From Bugula neritina (Eukaryota > Animalia > Bryozoa), in the NCBI GenBank assembly GCA_964035545.1, contig OZ037773.1:6229751-6293750 (forward strand): DNA of 64,000 nucleotides. The letters are read 5' to 3'. The translations under genes and the position numbers were made by a program. The notes beneath the pieces were generated by a model. The model was given only the letters and a program-made list of their open reading frames with translations, did no database searches and was not told where the DNA came from. Within the stretch, counting starts at the first letter, position 1. Each line of letters starts with the position of its first letter. Shown in pieces: positions 1 through 12,779 of this stretch.

Positions 1-956
1 TTATGAAATAAAGATCATAAAAGTAATGAAACAGTACAACATGTGGCTTAAATGCCTATAAATACTAAAAAAGACAATTGGACAACAGTTTTATGTGGCA
101 TATAAGTGTTATAAGATGAAAGATTTGCCAAATGATTGAAGATGCTTTGCCAACTATTATTTTGAGCTAGGTAGTTACCAGTCTGCCTGGTTGAATCATC
201 CTAGCTGCTGTGTAATTTTTTTTTTATATTTTCAGTCAAGAAGTTTTGCTCTTCAACTATGATTGTTGTGGCTATGTTTGCATTTTATATTGGGGAAGAG
301 CTTTAACAGCTTTATTTTCTTAGAATAGTTGGCATAGGCATTTCAATAATTTTTAACTATAATTGAACTGAGATGTCCTTTAAAATTATAAGTTCGTCGT
401 AAAGTAATGCACTATTAGTTATAGAGAAATATAACTATTAGTTAAACTATGTTATATTAGACTTAGCACTAATGAATAACTAATATAATATACCTGATAT
501 AATACAATGCATTATAGTTTCACTAATAATATAAAGAAGCCGTGTAGATCTAACATGAGACATCTTGAAAAGAAGCAAACTAATAACTAACAATTTACTT
601 CACAATGTATTTTGATTTATCTATACGAAGAATTGTGCTTTCTTTTCTTTTTTTGTTTTATTATATAATTATGTAAACTGATTTTACCCACAGTTAGTTC
701 ATCATTATTTAATTGCCTGCTGTAATAAAGATGCGTTTACACTAAATATGTGTATAAAATTTATCCACACACGCACACACACTCGTTTGCACACGCACAC
801 GCAACATGTACCAATATACACAAAACTCAGCAAGTATAACCTCACAATAAAGTCAATTTTTGAAGTTTTGAATGTCATACAGCTGTACACACATATATAT
901 ATATATAGAAAGTTCTAGAATACGTGGGAGACAACCCACAATGAGATCTCTTCTGT

Positions 957-3900
957 CTAACCATCGCGAGAAACTCTCATCACTATGTACTTCAAGGCTG
1001 TAGAAAATGTGAAATTCTCCCCTTCCCAGACTGCATTGTACTTGTCTGAATAACTTGAGTTAGCCAATCGGCCATTTAAGTTACACTTGAAACATTCTCC
1101 CTCTGCCGCATACCACCAGCCAGCTGTAACACAAGTATTCTATTAGTTGCAACTTGCATGGAGTTGTCTTCTTTTTGAAGTAGAAACTGAATTACTTAAG
1201 CAGATGAAAACCTTTGTTTTTTATCATTATATATATGCCTGATTTTATATTTGATCCGCCGTTTGCATGATAAATTACTTGTTTCTGTCAAGTTACCACC
1301 TTAATGAGAGAAACTTTTAAATAGTTGAGCATGTGTATCCATGCTAACATAGAAAGTGTTTTAAAACAATAGCCAGCACACCTTGTTTGCCTCACTAATA
1401 CTCAGTAGCAATTATTCTAATTGCAAAAAGGAATTCTTGCCTTAAAAAATATGAATCTAAAATCTAAATTAATAATAAGCTATTGAGATTTTACTTTGGT
1501 TTGCAAATAGCAGTGCAGGCATCATATAAATTTTGTTTCTAAACTTTTAATTTAATTTTGGTTAAATTTTAATTTAATTTAATGTTATGGCTTACTTCCA
1601 TATGTCTTTGAGCAGTTGTTGTTGTAGTTTGTTTTGTCGGAAGTAGAGAAAAAGTTGTCCTTCTCTCTGACATAAGACAGCGCATCACCAGCATTTCCTG
1701 TATAACCATCTACCTGTTAATTCAAGTGTGATACGTTATAAGGATTTCTAGCTGCAGACGTTACAGCTTTTAATTTTTTTTTGATGTAAAATGTATGTCA
1801 AAATTAGCATGAAACATTTAATTTACTCAGCAATTATAGCAAACTATTAAATTAATATTGTAAGGAATTTGTGTTATAGTGTATATATCGAACAGGCAAC
1901 TCCTTGTTTTACTACGTAGTATTTCACAAATATTAGAGGCGATGTAACTAGTCTAGTACACGCCTACTGATGCTCATACAATGGATATCTAGTTAACGAT
2001 AAGAAGGGGACTAACTAATTAGAGTTGATTGACAGCGCTCTTGGATTGCGCGCAGTTGAATAGTTAGGTTGCGTCTCTGTCTCTGTATAATTATGTAACG
2101 TTTTCCTTTGTATTTAGTTAGTCACTCTTGCATTATTCGTATAAATAAACTCATTCATACTCTAAGTCAGCAGCATTGCTTCTAGGATAACTACCCACAA
2201 TAAGTGAAGCACAGTTTCACAACAATATAAAGAAATAATGTATAAAACTTTTGTTGTTTTATAACAAGTATAATGACCTTCATCATCGTTACTTGACTAT
2301 AAATACTACTCACAAACAGTTGAAATAGGTAATATCTTGAAAGTAAACCAATCCTCGAGTAGTTTGCCATGACTTTCTCTCCATCCCAAGACTTCATTTC
2401 AATGTTTAGTTTTGCGTATTGTTTATTCATCAATTTGTAAATATAAATATTGCCTGAATCGAAAAACCAGAAGTATTTCAATTTACTAAATAGTTGCATT
2501 ATGCAACTTGTTTCAATACTAACTAATTTTTGAAAAGGTTTAAAACAAATAAATATATTGAAACCATATTAATTAAACTAGTTGAAAAATTAGAGAACTG
2601 AAAAAGATTGGTCTTAAACATATTAAAAGTCTTGTTAATTATGCAAGCTATGCATTTCTTTTAAATAGAAAACTTCAGAATAAAACATAAGCTCAAGTAG
2701 TTTTAATGAGATTATGAGTTAAAATTAAATAAGATTTACTAAAAATGGTAGCAGTAAATAAGCACACCTAATTTTAATTCAAACAAAATGTGTTGTATCA
2801 AGCTAAAGTGTGGGGAAGGTTTAAAAATATTTAGTATATCAATCATGTAGAATATTCATACAATTTCGTTCAATCGTTACAGGCAATGCTAAGAATGAAA
2901 GATAATTAAAGTTTTATGATCCAGGCCAGCTAGTGCCAAGAAGTTAGAAAATTAGGAGAAAAAATTTCTAATAATGCTACGTTTGTTTGGTTGTAAATTT
3001 TCTGAAGTCACTTTTTGCCAGCCATTACTTTCATACCGGTAAAAATAGAATTGCATTTTCTATAAAAAATATATATTTCAAAAATATAACCCCATATAGT
3101 GTAGTATAGAAAGTTTAATTTGAATATATTAGGCAAAATGAAGTACTTAAATTCGTATTTTTTATTTTTTATGATCTTGTATTTGTCCCCTTATATTCTG
3201 TAAAATAATTGCCACCACTGGGAATCGAACCCGAGTCCTCTGGCTTGCAAGCAAGTGTGCTACCATTGCACCACACTAAACACAACACTACATATACAAT
3301 ATAAAAAATATTTTACAATGATCAAAATAATTTGCTGGTTAAAATAAGTAAGTGACATCCAAAGATTTTTAATGATGCAAAATTAAACTGGAACTTAAAT
3401 AATTTAAATTAAATATTAAGATAAACTAAATTTTTAAACATTTTAATTTAAATTTCTAAATATTTTTTAAGCTTTTAAATTTAGGAGTTTTCCTCACCAA
3501 ACCAGTAATCTCCAGAGTAATTCCCAAAACCATGGTAGTAATTTATCCACTCTCTTCTGAAATCCACATCTCCATTCACTCGCTTTTGAATCACGGTCCA
3601 GCCATTTTCAGAGTCAAAATCACACCAGGCAGTTTGGCATTTGGTTGATCGAAAATAATAAGGGTTTTGAATTTTATACACTGCAGGCTGCTGAATCCCA
3701 AGCTCAAAAAATTCTTGGCAATCTAAAAGATTGTTATACAATATGCAGGTTTGTTTTTATAGTATTTCAACAGCAATATTTCTGAGATTATTGACCAGTT
3801 GGCAGACTATGAATTGTTAAAAAATGTATTATTGTTTTAAAAACTTGAAATCTACTTGGCAAGCTTTGAGAGGAATAAAAAGGGCTTTATATGACGTTGT

Positions 3901-5874
3901 TTGCAAATGAGATTTACAACACAATAATGAAATTGTTAGATGACGTCCTTGTCTTAAATATCAATAGTTTCGTCTAGCTTAAAACATTCTTCTTGGTTTA
4001 GAAACTTCACAGACTGAATGCTTTTAGCCTGTGAGCAGAAAACGTTTTTTGCTACATTTATGCCCTTTAAAAATACCATAAATTTACCAAATCATACAAT
4101 AAAAAACTGTTAAACTGTTATAATTGAAAAACATAATGTATCTATATAAAAAGGTAGTAATAATCTATCATAGGAAAATTATACACAAGCTATAGTAAAT
4201 GTATTCATGTTTTCCACATGTGAAAATATAGAGTGCAACAGCATAATATTATGATATCATGTTATATATTGTAGTATCACATATACTGTAATATTATGGC
4301 CACCTGTAGATTGATGACCTTTACATTGATTTCAGCAAATCATTTAAGCTAGATATGAATTGAAGCATGTCAATTTGAAACTGTTTAACAATTCAACTAA
4401 TTGAAAATGATAGTTCAAAAGCCTATAATATAATATTATTATTTCATATTTTTGAAATTGAAAGGAGTTTTATTTTTTAGCATTTGCAGACCTATAACTT
4501 TCCAAAACTAAAAGTAGATGCGGATTGAAAATTTTCTGATGGAATGCAGCAGTTTATAGCAAAAATGTGTTAAGCTTTATATCTTTAAAATTGCTGATGA
4601 ATATATTTTAACTGTCAGTGCGATTAGTTTTCAGCTATCAGATAGTTATGATCTGTAAATTATTTAGTCAATCATATGAGAATTAATTCAATTAATGACA
4701 TTTATGAAAATTTATTGGTTACCTCGTAGTCCAATTTCATTTATTTCAGGACAGTCATATTTTGCTCGGTCCTAAAAATATTCAATATAATATTCACATT
4801 GAATTCTGAATCTCACAAGAATAAAATTGGTTAAAAGCAAATACTAAAAGGAAGTGTCTACATTTTATATTACCGGAGAGTGTAAAGCACAAAGACTTTC
4901 GTAGTAGGTTAGGTTGTTTGGTGAAGTTGCAGACGTGTAGTTGAGTAGTGCAGACGCGTGTAACTCACAAATCTTGTCTTCTGAATCATATACCACAGCT
5001 TCACAGTAGTATTTATATCTCTGACAGGAAAGAGTGCATTCATTGGCAGTCTCACCTAAAATATTTATTCAAATGCTTGATGCAGCTCAGTACATAGAAC
5101 CATAACTTGCTGTTATATTTTACAAGTTGCATGCATAAAAGAGTTAACACATATTATAAGCAAGCACTGGTATTCAATTCTGTAGAAAAGTAGTAATATG
5201 GGAGTTGCATACTCCATGGCTTTGGATTGACGAGTACAAACTTTGTAGGTGCATTACAGAATTATTAGTAGTATTTTGCGCTCACAATTATAGATGACTT
5301 TTCGTGCTTTAGCAGAGTAATTGGCTGGGATTTCTGGCTGAGATACTTTTTTGTACATCTGACTGTTATAGAAACATCCTTTTAGCTCCCGTATCTCCTA
5401 GATAAGCATATATAATGTAAGCATATAATATAAGCATATAATATAAGCATATAATATAAGCATGTAATATAAGCATTTCTATAATGTTCCTCAGTATATA
5501 ACAAGTAGAACAAAAGTACTCTAAAACTGATTTGTTTTTCAATCTTTCATAATGCTGCCTTTTCAAAATAACTTTTGCCTTAGTTTTTAAATTTCCAGTC
5601 AAGTGTAGTTAGCATTTGCATTCGAAGATTTTAGAGCCATGACATGAATGCTGTTGGCACCATGTATAATATAATGGGCACACAACTTCTCATACAAATA
5701 ATATTATTGCACATTACTAACTGACCACTGGAAACATGTGTTATACGGTAATATAAACTGGGTGATGAAAAGTATAATAATTATATTAGAATACAAACGT
5801 ATCATATAATTTTAAATACTCACATAAATTATTACCAAGACAAATATAACATATCCCAGTTTACAAGAAGCCAT
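957..5874 (-). CDS. Fibrinogen-related protein (FReD) with N-terminal signal/anchor and PAN/Apple-like Cys domain; 9 exons, about 346 aa
   Basis: Phase-consistent GT-AG exons: 5824-5874, 5726-5757, 5286-5362, 4874-5055, 4723-4771, 3498-3722, 2314-2453, 1596-1713, 957-1123. Fibrinogen-domain motifs DCQE, WCD..GWTVIQKR.NG.VDF.R.W..Y..GFG...DYWFG, YTGNAGDAL, FST.D and GWWY...C...NLNG. Hydrophobic N-terminus MASCKLGYVIFVLVIIYFIL. Exon 4 reads ECTLSC..C..VVY....C.L...YYE..C. Confidence 0.88.
1859..2224 (+). mobile_element. Probable solo LTR (366 bp) in an intron of the FReD gene
   Basis: Begins TGT and ends ACA, flanked by a 4-bp direct repeat ATAT (1855-1858 and 2225-2228). GC-richer than the surrounding intron, with AATAAA near 2144. 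Unrelated to the LTR of the large array. Confidence 0.62.
3211..3280 (-). pseudogene. tRNA-derived sequence (SINE head or tRNA pseudogene)
   Basis: Minus strand GTGTGGTGCAATGGTAGCACAC...GGGTTCGATTCCC contains Pol III A-box and B-box matches, but the acceptor stem does not pair. Confidence 0.65.
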
Positions 5875-7609
5875 GGCGATAGAACTTTGCATGTGGTGGA
5901 CAAAAAGTGGAAGGCTGTTTTATATTGATTGCTAAGCATTGATTTTATTATAATCTGATAAATTTGCAATTTAAATTTTTTTTGGTGAGTTTTAAATTAT
6001 GCAGCCAGTTTTGTTTATAAGCATGCTTTTAGTTTTAACCTTACTTAGTAAACAGCTTGACTCTTTAAAAGTACTTCAAGGGTAATTGATCGTGAATTTT
6101 GCTTCAGCGTAATATAGTTGGATTAAATAGACTATTGAACATAAAGGACTCCTTTACGTCATATTATTAACTATTACAGTTATCATGCACTGTGTGCAAC
6201 ATAGCCTCAATTTGCATTTGTTATAATTATTATAATCTCAAAAATAAATGCCATATGCACACCTGGTTTTAGTTACAAGAGAAATAAACAAGTATATAAA
6301 GTAACTATTTCAATCTAACCTTGACTCTTTTCAATCATGAGATTATTTCAATTTTTTTATTTTACATTCCCCACACCTAAGCCATGCAACATGTTGAAAA
6401 CTATACGTCATGTGCCTCTGCATCATTTAAATAGTTTTTTATGAGCTCAAAAAAAAGTTAATCTAAATAGTATCTGATATGTTGCAGTATACAGCACCTT
6501 GGTTCTTTAACGTGCACCTAGTATAACTTCACCTTAAACCTAATTGACAATAATGTATTTTTTTGGCTTTGTTATATTTCCCTAGTAAAGTTACAGCTGC
6601 CTATAATGCAAAGTTTATACATATATTCCATGTTTTTGTCAACATGTAAAAATGACTTTACAACCCATGCAAGTTAGTTCTGCGTATTACTTTCATACTT
6701 AAGTTTCATTTTGATTGTGAACACGAAGAAGTTTTAGTAATCAAAGTTGAATGAACACTTAACTTTAGCTTTCATTGTAATTTCTGTAATTAGTATTACA
6801 ATAGTTTATAAGAAATAGAAATTCATTGAAATGCCAGCCTTCATGTGTTTCAGGGTTTATTGTTTATTGAGAATGTGTAATAGAGTTAATGTGGTTAATT
6901 TTTTCTTTTCCAATGACACCTAAAATACATTTGTTTTACAAGATAGTGTTATGATATAGTTGGTAAATATATGATAGCTAATAACATTCTTAAGCTTTAT
7001 ACAACAATGCTTATAAAACTCTATAAATATGATTAAAAGACTATTTTCAAAATACACAATTTTTCATAAGATTGTCCTAAAAGCATACGTTTTAATTAGA
7101 AATTGTCTGTTCAGATCATTATCTTGGTTTCAGTCAACAACTTTTTTTTGAGATTCAAAATGGCTACCAAGACTACGCCTGCAATAGGTGTTGTTGATAA
7201 CTTGATTATTGAGAAGTCCGTTGCCATGACTACTGGCTAGCCAATCGCCGTTTGACTCCTAAGATATCTTCTGCACTGCAATGTTGCTTAACCAAGTTCT
7301 TTATGAAAATATGTTCTTTTGGAATCTTCTTGCCATTTTGTTTTTTATCTAAAATGCACAAAAATCTACAATTAATATTTTGAAATTTTATTGTTATACT
7401 GGTTTTATCATTAAAATGAATACTTAGTACCCAAGTAGCAGTGTGAATTGTGCATTTGCTTACAAACTACATATATCTTTAAACTCAACAATCGTAACAT
7501 AACTTAATTTATCTTATGCCTCATCCACACAGTTTATGACAAAGCCTGTGGAATAAGATTATAAATATAACCATGTATGAACTACTTTTACATGTAAAAG
7601 CAAGTTTTC

Positions 7610-10600
7610 CTAATAACCTATTGTTGGAAAGACTTTGCTGTGAAGAAGGTCTTGGGATTGTGAGTTCTGATGTGCAATCGTCGGCTTACCACTGTCGTAC
7701 TCTGAGTCTGAACTTTCAGCAGATGGGGTTGAGCTGTCACTCCCTCCAGACTCACTGTGACAATTTCTGGTTCTCTCCGTCCGTCCTGCGGGTGAGAGAG
7801 AAATGGCATCCATTGATGACTCATCCAACAGATCAAAGCTCTCTGCTGTAGGTAAGTGACTCATACTGCCACCACAACTGGAGGAGATTTTCCTGCGCAG
7901 ACGTCCGTTGATTAACAATGAGTCAGCAGACTCTAGCCTTGAAAAGTCTAGAGATTTCCTTCTGTTGTGATGAACGTTCGTTTTTCTTCTTACTGCAGAC
8001 GCTTCATTGTTACTACCAGTGCCAGAGTACAAATCGGACATGGACAAGTTTGCGCGATACAGATGACTGTCTTTCAGTTTATTATGGCAGCCATGTTGTC
8101 CATGTTTTAAGTACCTTCTTTGTATAGGTAAAGTTTGGGTAGTAACCTGAAGTTGTTCCTTGCTGCTAGCTTCAAACAATTTATCAAAGTTTCTATTGAT
8201 GAAGTCACTGTAACAGGGTGAGTCACGAGGAGTGGGTGGAGTCTCTAAGGGAGCTTTCTCCTTTTTCTTCCACAGCGGAAGGCTGAGAACAAAGCCATTG
8301 ATTTTCTTTTTCAACTTTTTTCTCTACAAGTAAGATATGTTAATTATGCTATGATAGTGACATGCAAAGTGAAAATAATTGTGTTAAAATTAATTCTCGC
8401 TATATCAAAATTTTATGGCTTATCATGATTCATTTTTTGGTATGCATATGTGTGTGAAACTGTTCATCTCTAACAGCTGCAATTGAAAGCTTTGCCGAGA
8501 TTCGAATGCAAAATGCTTAGCATTTCAAAATGATGCAGCCATTATTAAATTGTATGCATAAAACCTTACCTTTGGCACCATCCCAAGTTCCGTGTAATAT
8601 CCGTCGGTCAACTTAGATTTTGAGCACAAGATTAGCTGCTTCAGCCCCACAATGCCTTGCTGTGAAAAAGCACTGGTGAAGATCTGGCCAATGCACTGAG
8701 ATTGAGTGACATCTATCAGCCGGTTTGGAGCAAAGTCATGCTCCTTCTTTAGTTTGTCGCACTTGTTGCCAATGACAACGATATCAGCATCAGCTGCAAG
8801 TGATATTAAGAAAACTATGAAAAACAGCTGTATATACTACAACCTAATACAGTGCTCCTTCTGTATCTCACTAAGCTAGGGGTCCCCCGAAACCTCAATT
8901 GGCGACATAGTAAAATACCAGACTTAGCTCTCAGATCTGTTAAATTTGGCCATTTTGTTCCTATGCACATATACATAAGCCACAGAATGGGAGTTTAAAC
9001 CATTCTCGTGACCTATGGAATTTCGTAAAAAAGAGAACCATGTGAACTATAGAAGAGTATTGTGAAATTACACAATACTATGATATGCGACACACCAATA
9101 GCTTATGAAGATTATGAATAATGTGTGTTACTCAACAACCACTATTCAAAGCAATCTCTTAATCCCGGATGATCTACAGTTAAGATGTGGCTTACCTTTA
9201 ATGTCCCGAACACCCTTTATTATGTTTTGTAGTGATTGCCGCCAATCAGGGGATGTGACATCATAAACCACGAGTACCAAGTGAGCTCTTTTCACAAACA
9301 GACTCTGCATGGCAGCGAATTCGTTCCAGGCAGCCGTGTCAATGATGTCTATTTGAAGGAACTGACCATCTACAGGAAGTAAGGATAAAACAATAGCATG
9401 ATGTAGCAAGAAGCAAATTATCACAAAACTCATCAAATAATACATTGTTGCGGTAATTAATCTAGATTATTTAATGTATTAGGAGGTATTCTACTACTTG
9501 AGGTAGTAGAGCACTAAATTCTTTACCTTTAGCAATAGTTACAAAAATGGGTCAACTGATTTTGATACTGTATCTTAAAAAACATGTGACTGAAGCTGAC
9601 ATGTGTTTGCTGGTGACATGTAAGTGCTAGCGGCATGTAACTGTTGGTGACATAAGACTGAAGGTGACATGGGACTGCATGTAACCTATGATGGCAGTGA
9701 CATGTGACTGTAAATGGCATGTGACTGTAGTTGACATGTGACTGTAGTTGACATGTGACTGTAGTTGACATGTGACTGCAGGTGCTTGAGCAGGTATTTG
9801 GAGCATAAATAAGCTATGTGGCAGAGATATGGTTTTAAGCAATTCGAAAGTAAAATACTGCTACAAAAACTTCTCAATTGTTATTTATTGAAATTCAAAT
9901 ATGAGATATTTTCAAACTTTCAAAAATCAAAATGCGTCAAGCATCTTAATTTTTTTGTAAATAGCGAGCAAATTTGAATAACTTTTGCATTCAAAAGAAG
10001 GTGAAACTTTAAACCTGAAACTATTGCAAAAAACCCTAAGCTAGGTATAGTATATCAATTGAGATTAGCCCAATTGTTCGGCGCCTCAGGTATGCATGCA
10101 TTACAGAATTATGGGACTCTTACAGGAGCCTCTGTAAATGCTAAATTATATCAGAAATAGCTGACATTTTGTTTTGCTACGATGCTTCATTAGCATGCAA
10201 ATGGCTGCCAGTCAAAGTTGTTTTATAATATTATAAATGTTTGTGTACTCAGGAGTTGCCCCTTCTCTTTACAAAACCACATAATCACAAGGCTTACCTG
10301 TGAAATTGTGATTAATTTACTAATATTCTACTTTTTGTATCAAAGAATATACTTTGTTTTTGGAATTTGGATTATAATTAAATAGTGTTGCTATTAGCTA
10401 TATGTTTAGTTTCTCTTCTTTGCTATAAAGTGTAAAACACAGAGCTAATTGATATTTACACTTACTGAAGATGTTATAGCTAGCTGTATATCAATCACAT
10501 AAAAGTATATAGACGAGGTTAGCTACGTCAACTAGTTCACCTGATTTGAGATAAGACAAAACATGTTTTCTTATCTTGTAGCCATCAGTATGTAAATCTT

Positions 10601-11518
10601 GTAGACCAGTGCAACATCAAAGCCTTACTTGCAAACATGGAAATTTTTATGCACATCAAATATGTAATAACGGCATTTAATGCAGGATTTTGCTGATACC
10701 ATCTCATCTAGATTGGAGAGAGTGGTTGCCATGAAAGAGTGGTTTTCACATTAACAAATAATCCAAACTTGTAGCTGTACAGGTATTTAGTTTATCAGTA
10801 ATAAAGTTTTTGTTTTTTCATAAATTGCAAGTTACCGCCTCAATATGATCACATGAATTCCAATTATTGCCCTACATTTCCTATTGTTTGTGTATAGATA
10901 CATATGTAAAATGTGTTGTAAATTTAAACAAGCAAAAATTAAAATTAACTTAATAAACTGTGTAATTTATTCTATAGTTGAGCAATTTAAATATTTTCTG
11001 ATATACAAAGTGAATATTTTGTTATTACATATTTCAATCACCTCATCACAGCATGAGTCAACCAGTATTGTTGATTACGTGCAATATTATGTTGGTTTAT
11101 TCCTTATATTGGAGTTATGTCTCTCGGTTTGAAGTGCTATTCAAGCATACTGATTTTTGAAACAACCAACATGTATTAGATTATAATTTTTCTTAAAATT
11201 ATCTTTATATATTGTGTGATGAAACAAACTGTTATGGTCACTAATTCTTAAAATATGATATATAAAATATAATATGACAACATATATATAATATCATAAT
11301 ACTATATGTATATATAATATATTATGTATATAATATTATATAGTATATATAATACTATAGGTACCTGTCATTTTCCATGTCATGTTGTAGCACTCATCTA
11401 TGGTGGGAGTGTAAGACGAGAAGTCTACTGGCTCGTCTATCAGTCTCTGTATTATACTAGTTTTACCTGCAGCCTTGCTACCCACAACTACAATAGTTCG
11501 AGTACCCTTATACCCCAT
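7610..11518 (-). CDS. Atypical Ras-family small GTPase (RASD/Di-Ras-like) with long Ser-rich C-terminal extension; 4 coding exons
   Basis: Phase-consistent exons 11365-11518, 9196-9369, 8570-8793, 7610-8323. Motifs: G1 GSKAAGKT, G2 YTPTI, G3 DTAAW, G4 NKCD, G5 TSAF. Confidence 0.85.
8850..9062. mobile_element. MITE family A, diverged copy in opposite orientation to the 35746-35952 copy
   Basis: Starts TA|CAGTGCTCC. Interior segments (tatctcactaagct, acataagccaca, acctatggaattt) are reverse complements of segments in 35746-35952. Confidence 0.7.
9586..9780. repeat. 17-bp minisatellite (GACATGTGACTGTAGTT-like), about 11 copies, in Ras-like gene intron 1
   Basis: Near-identical direct repeats at 9716-9780 with degenerate copies to the left. 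This explains the three overlapping spurious ORFs at 9529-9877. Confidence 0.9.
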
Positions 11519-12676
11519 ACTTCCTTCTTTATCTTGACGCTAAAAGGAATGAGAAAAGATAGCCATAACTTCCAGTTAGAATGCAATAAATTCTTGCCAG
11601 CTACGAGTTAGTCCGAGTTACTGTCTATTTTTAAAGTTTGTAGCTTTGGTAAACTTATTATTGATTGAATAGCATTATTTTTCAATCAAAATTAGCAACA
11701 TTAGAGTTATTATCATTACTCTACCTTCATAATTTTGTTTATTATAAAATGTCAGTGAAATTTACTTACAAACATTGCTTACTTCATAAGGTTGTATTAA
11801 GACTTACATAGAAACCACAACATAAATAAATATTATATACGTCACAAGAATAACTATTTTGGATACAAAGCAGCCAATCAGTAAATGGTTAACACAACAG
11901 TAACCAATTGCTGTTCACTTCTCTTATTTCTGCATTCTTGGCAGTTTCAATGAGGTCATAAACGACCAACCCTTTATAATGAAGTAACTGAATACAAATG
12001 CTGGTACATTCTACATTCTACGCACGTTGACATGACTTATACTTCAGTGACACTATCTAGTGCTATTGCAGCATTACTGTGAGAAAATAACTCCTGAGTT
12101 AACCATGATGACAGATCAATATTGCTGCAAGTGTTGAATATGAGATATTTTACTCACTTTTTGATTAATTGCCAGTTTATAATTTTTCTGCTGACACAGC
12201 TTTTTTCTAACTTATTTGAAAGTGTGAGACTTCCTAACTTGCTTTCCTATAGCTTTGGATTTAAACTCGCAGATTATTTTGTATATATAAAACAAAGTAA
12301 GTAAATTGCAAGTTTTATAGTCATATAAAACTGTCAGATGGTAGCAAAGCTTGAATTATTATTATGTAAAATAATGTTTGCCTTTAATGCATATAAGTGT
12401 AATAAATAGTAAAAACTTTAAATAGTTGCATCAGATGCTACCTGGCGTGTTTTTAATGTTGTAATAGCAAATAAGCTGCATGAATAAGTGTTATCAATTT
12501 ACTAAGAAGGGTTTGAAAAAATATTTACGAAGATTAATTCGATGTTGTAACTTAAATAACACTTCATTGGAATGTGGATTGAAAATACCCTTAAACCATA
12601 ACAGCAAAAATATTTACTGTGTAAAAACCTTAATTGTAATGGCAACATGGTGTTTAAGAGCTTCTTCTTAGAATAT

Positions 12677-12779
12677 AGGAGCATGCCTGTTCTGACACCA
12701 CCAATGGTCCCACTGGAGTACAAGCTCCTGACCTAGCGCTTATTAAACCAATGCTTTAACCAGTAGACCACGCTGCTTT
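12677..12779 (-). mobile_element. Degenerate copy of the tRNA-derived SINE family
   Basis: acaccaccaatgg...tgacct...taaccagtagaccacgctgctt resembles 49836-49921 (acatcaccaatgg...tgacct...taacccctagaccacggctgctt). Confidence 0.55.

Noticed and set aside
3211-3280. Functional tRNA gene
   Set aside because: A and B boxes are present but the acceptor stem does not pair.
3860-4030. Extra exon of the FReD gene
   Set aside because: Stops occur in all three frames after the candidate acceptor, and exons 4723-4771 and 3498-3722 already join in phase.
7140-7345. Possible MITE with AAAATGGC...GCCATTTT ends
   Set aside because: The inverted match is too short and no second copy or TSD was established in the window.
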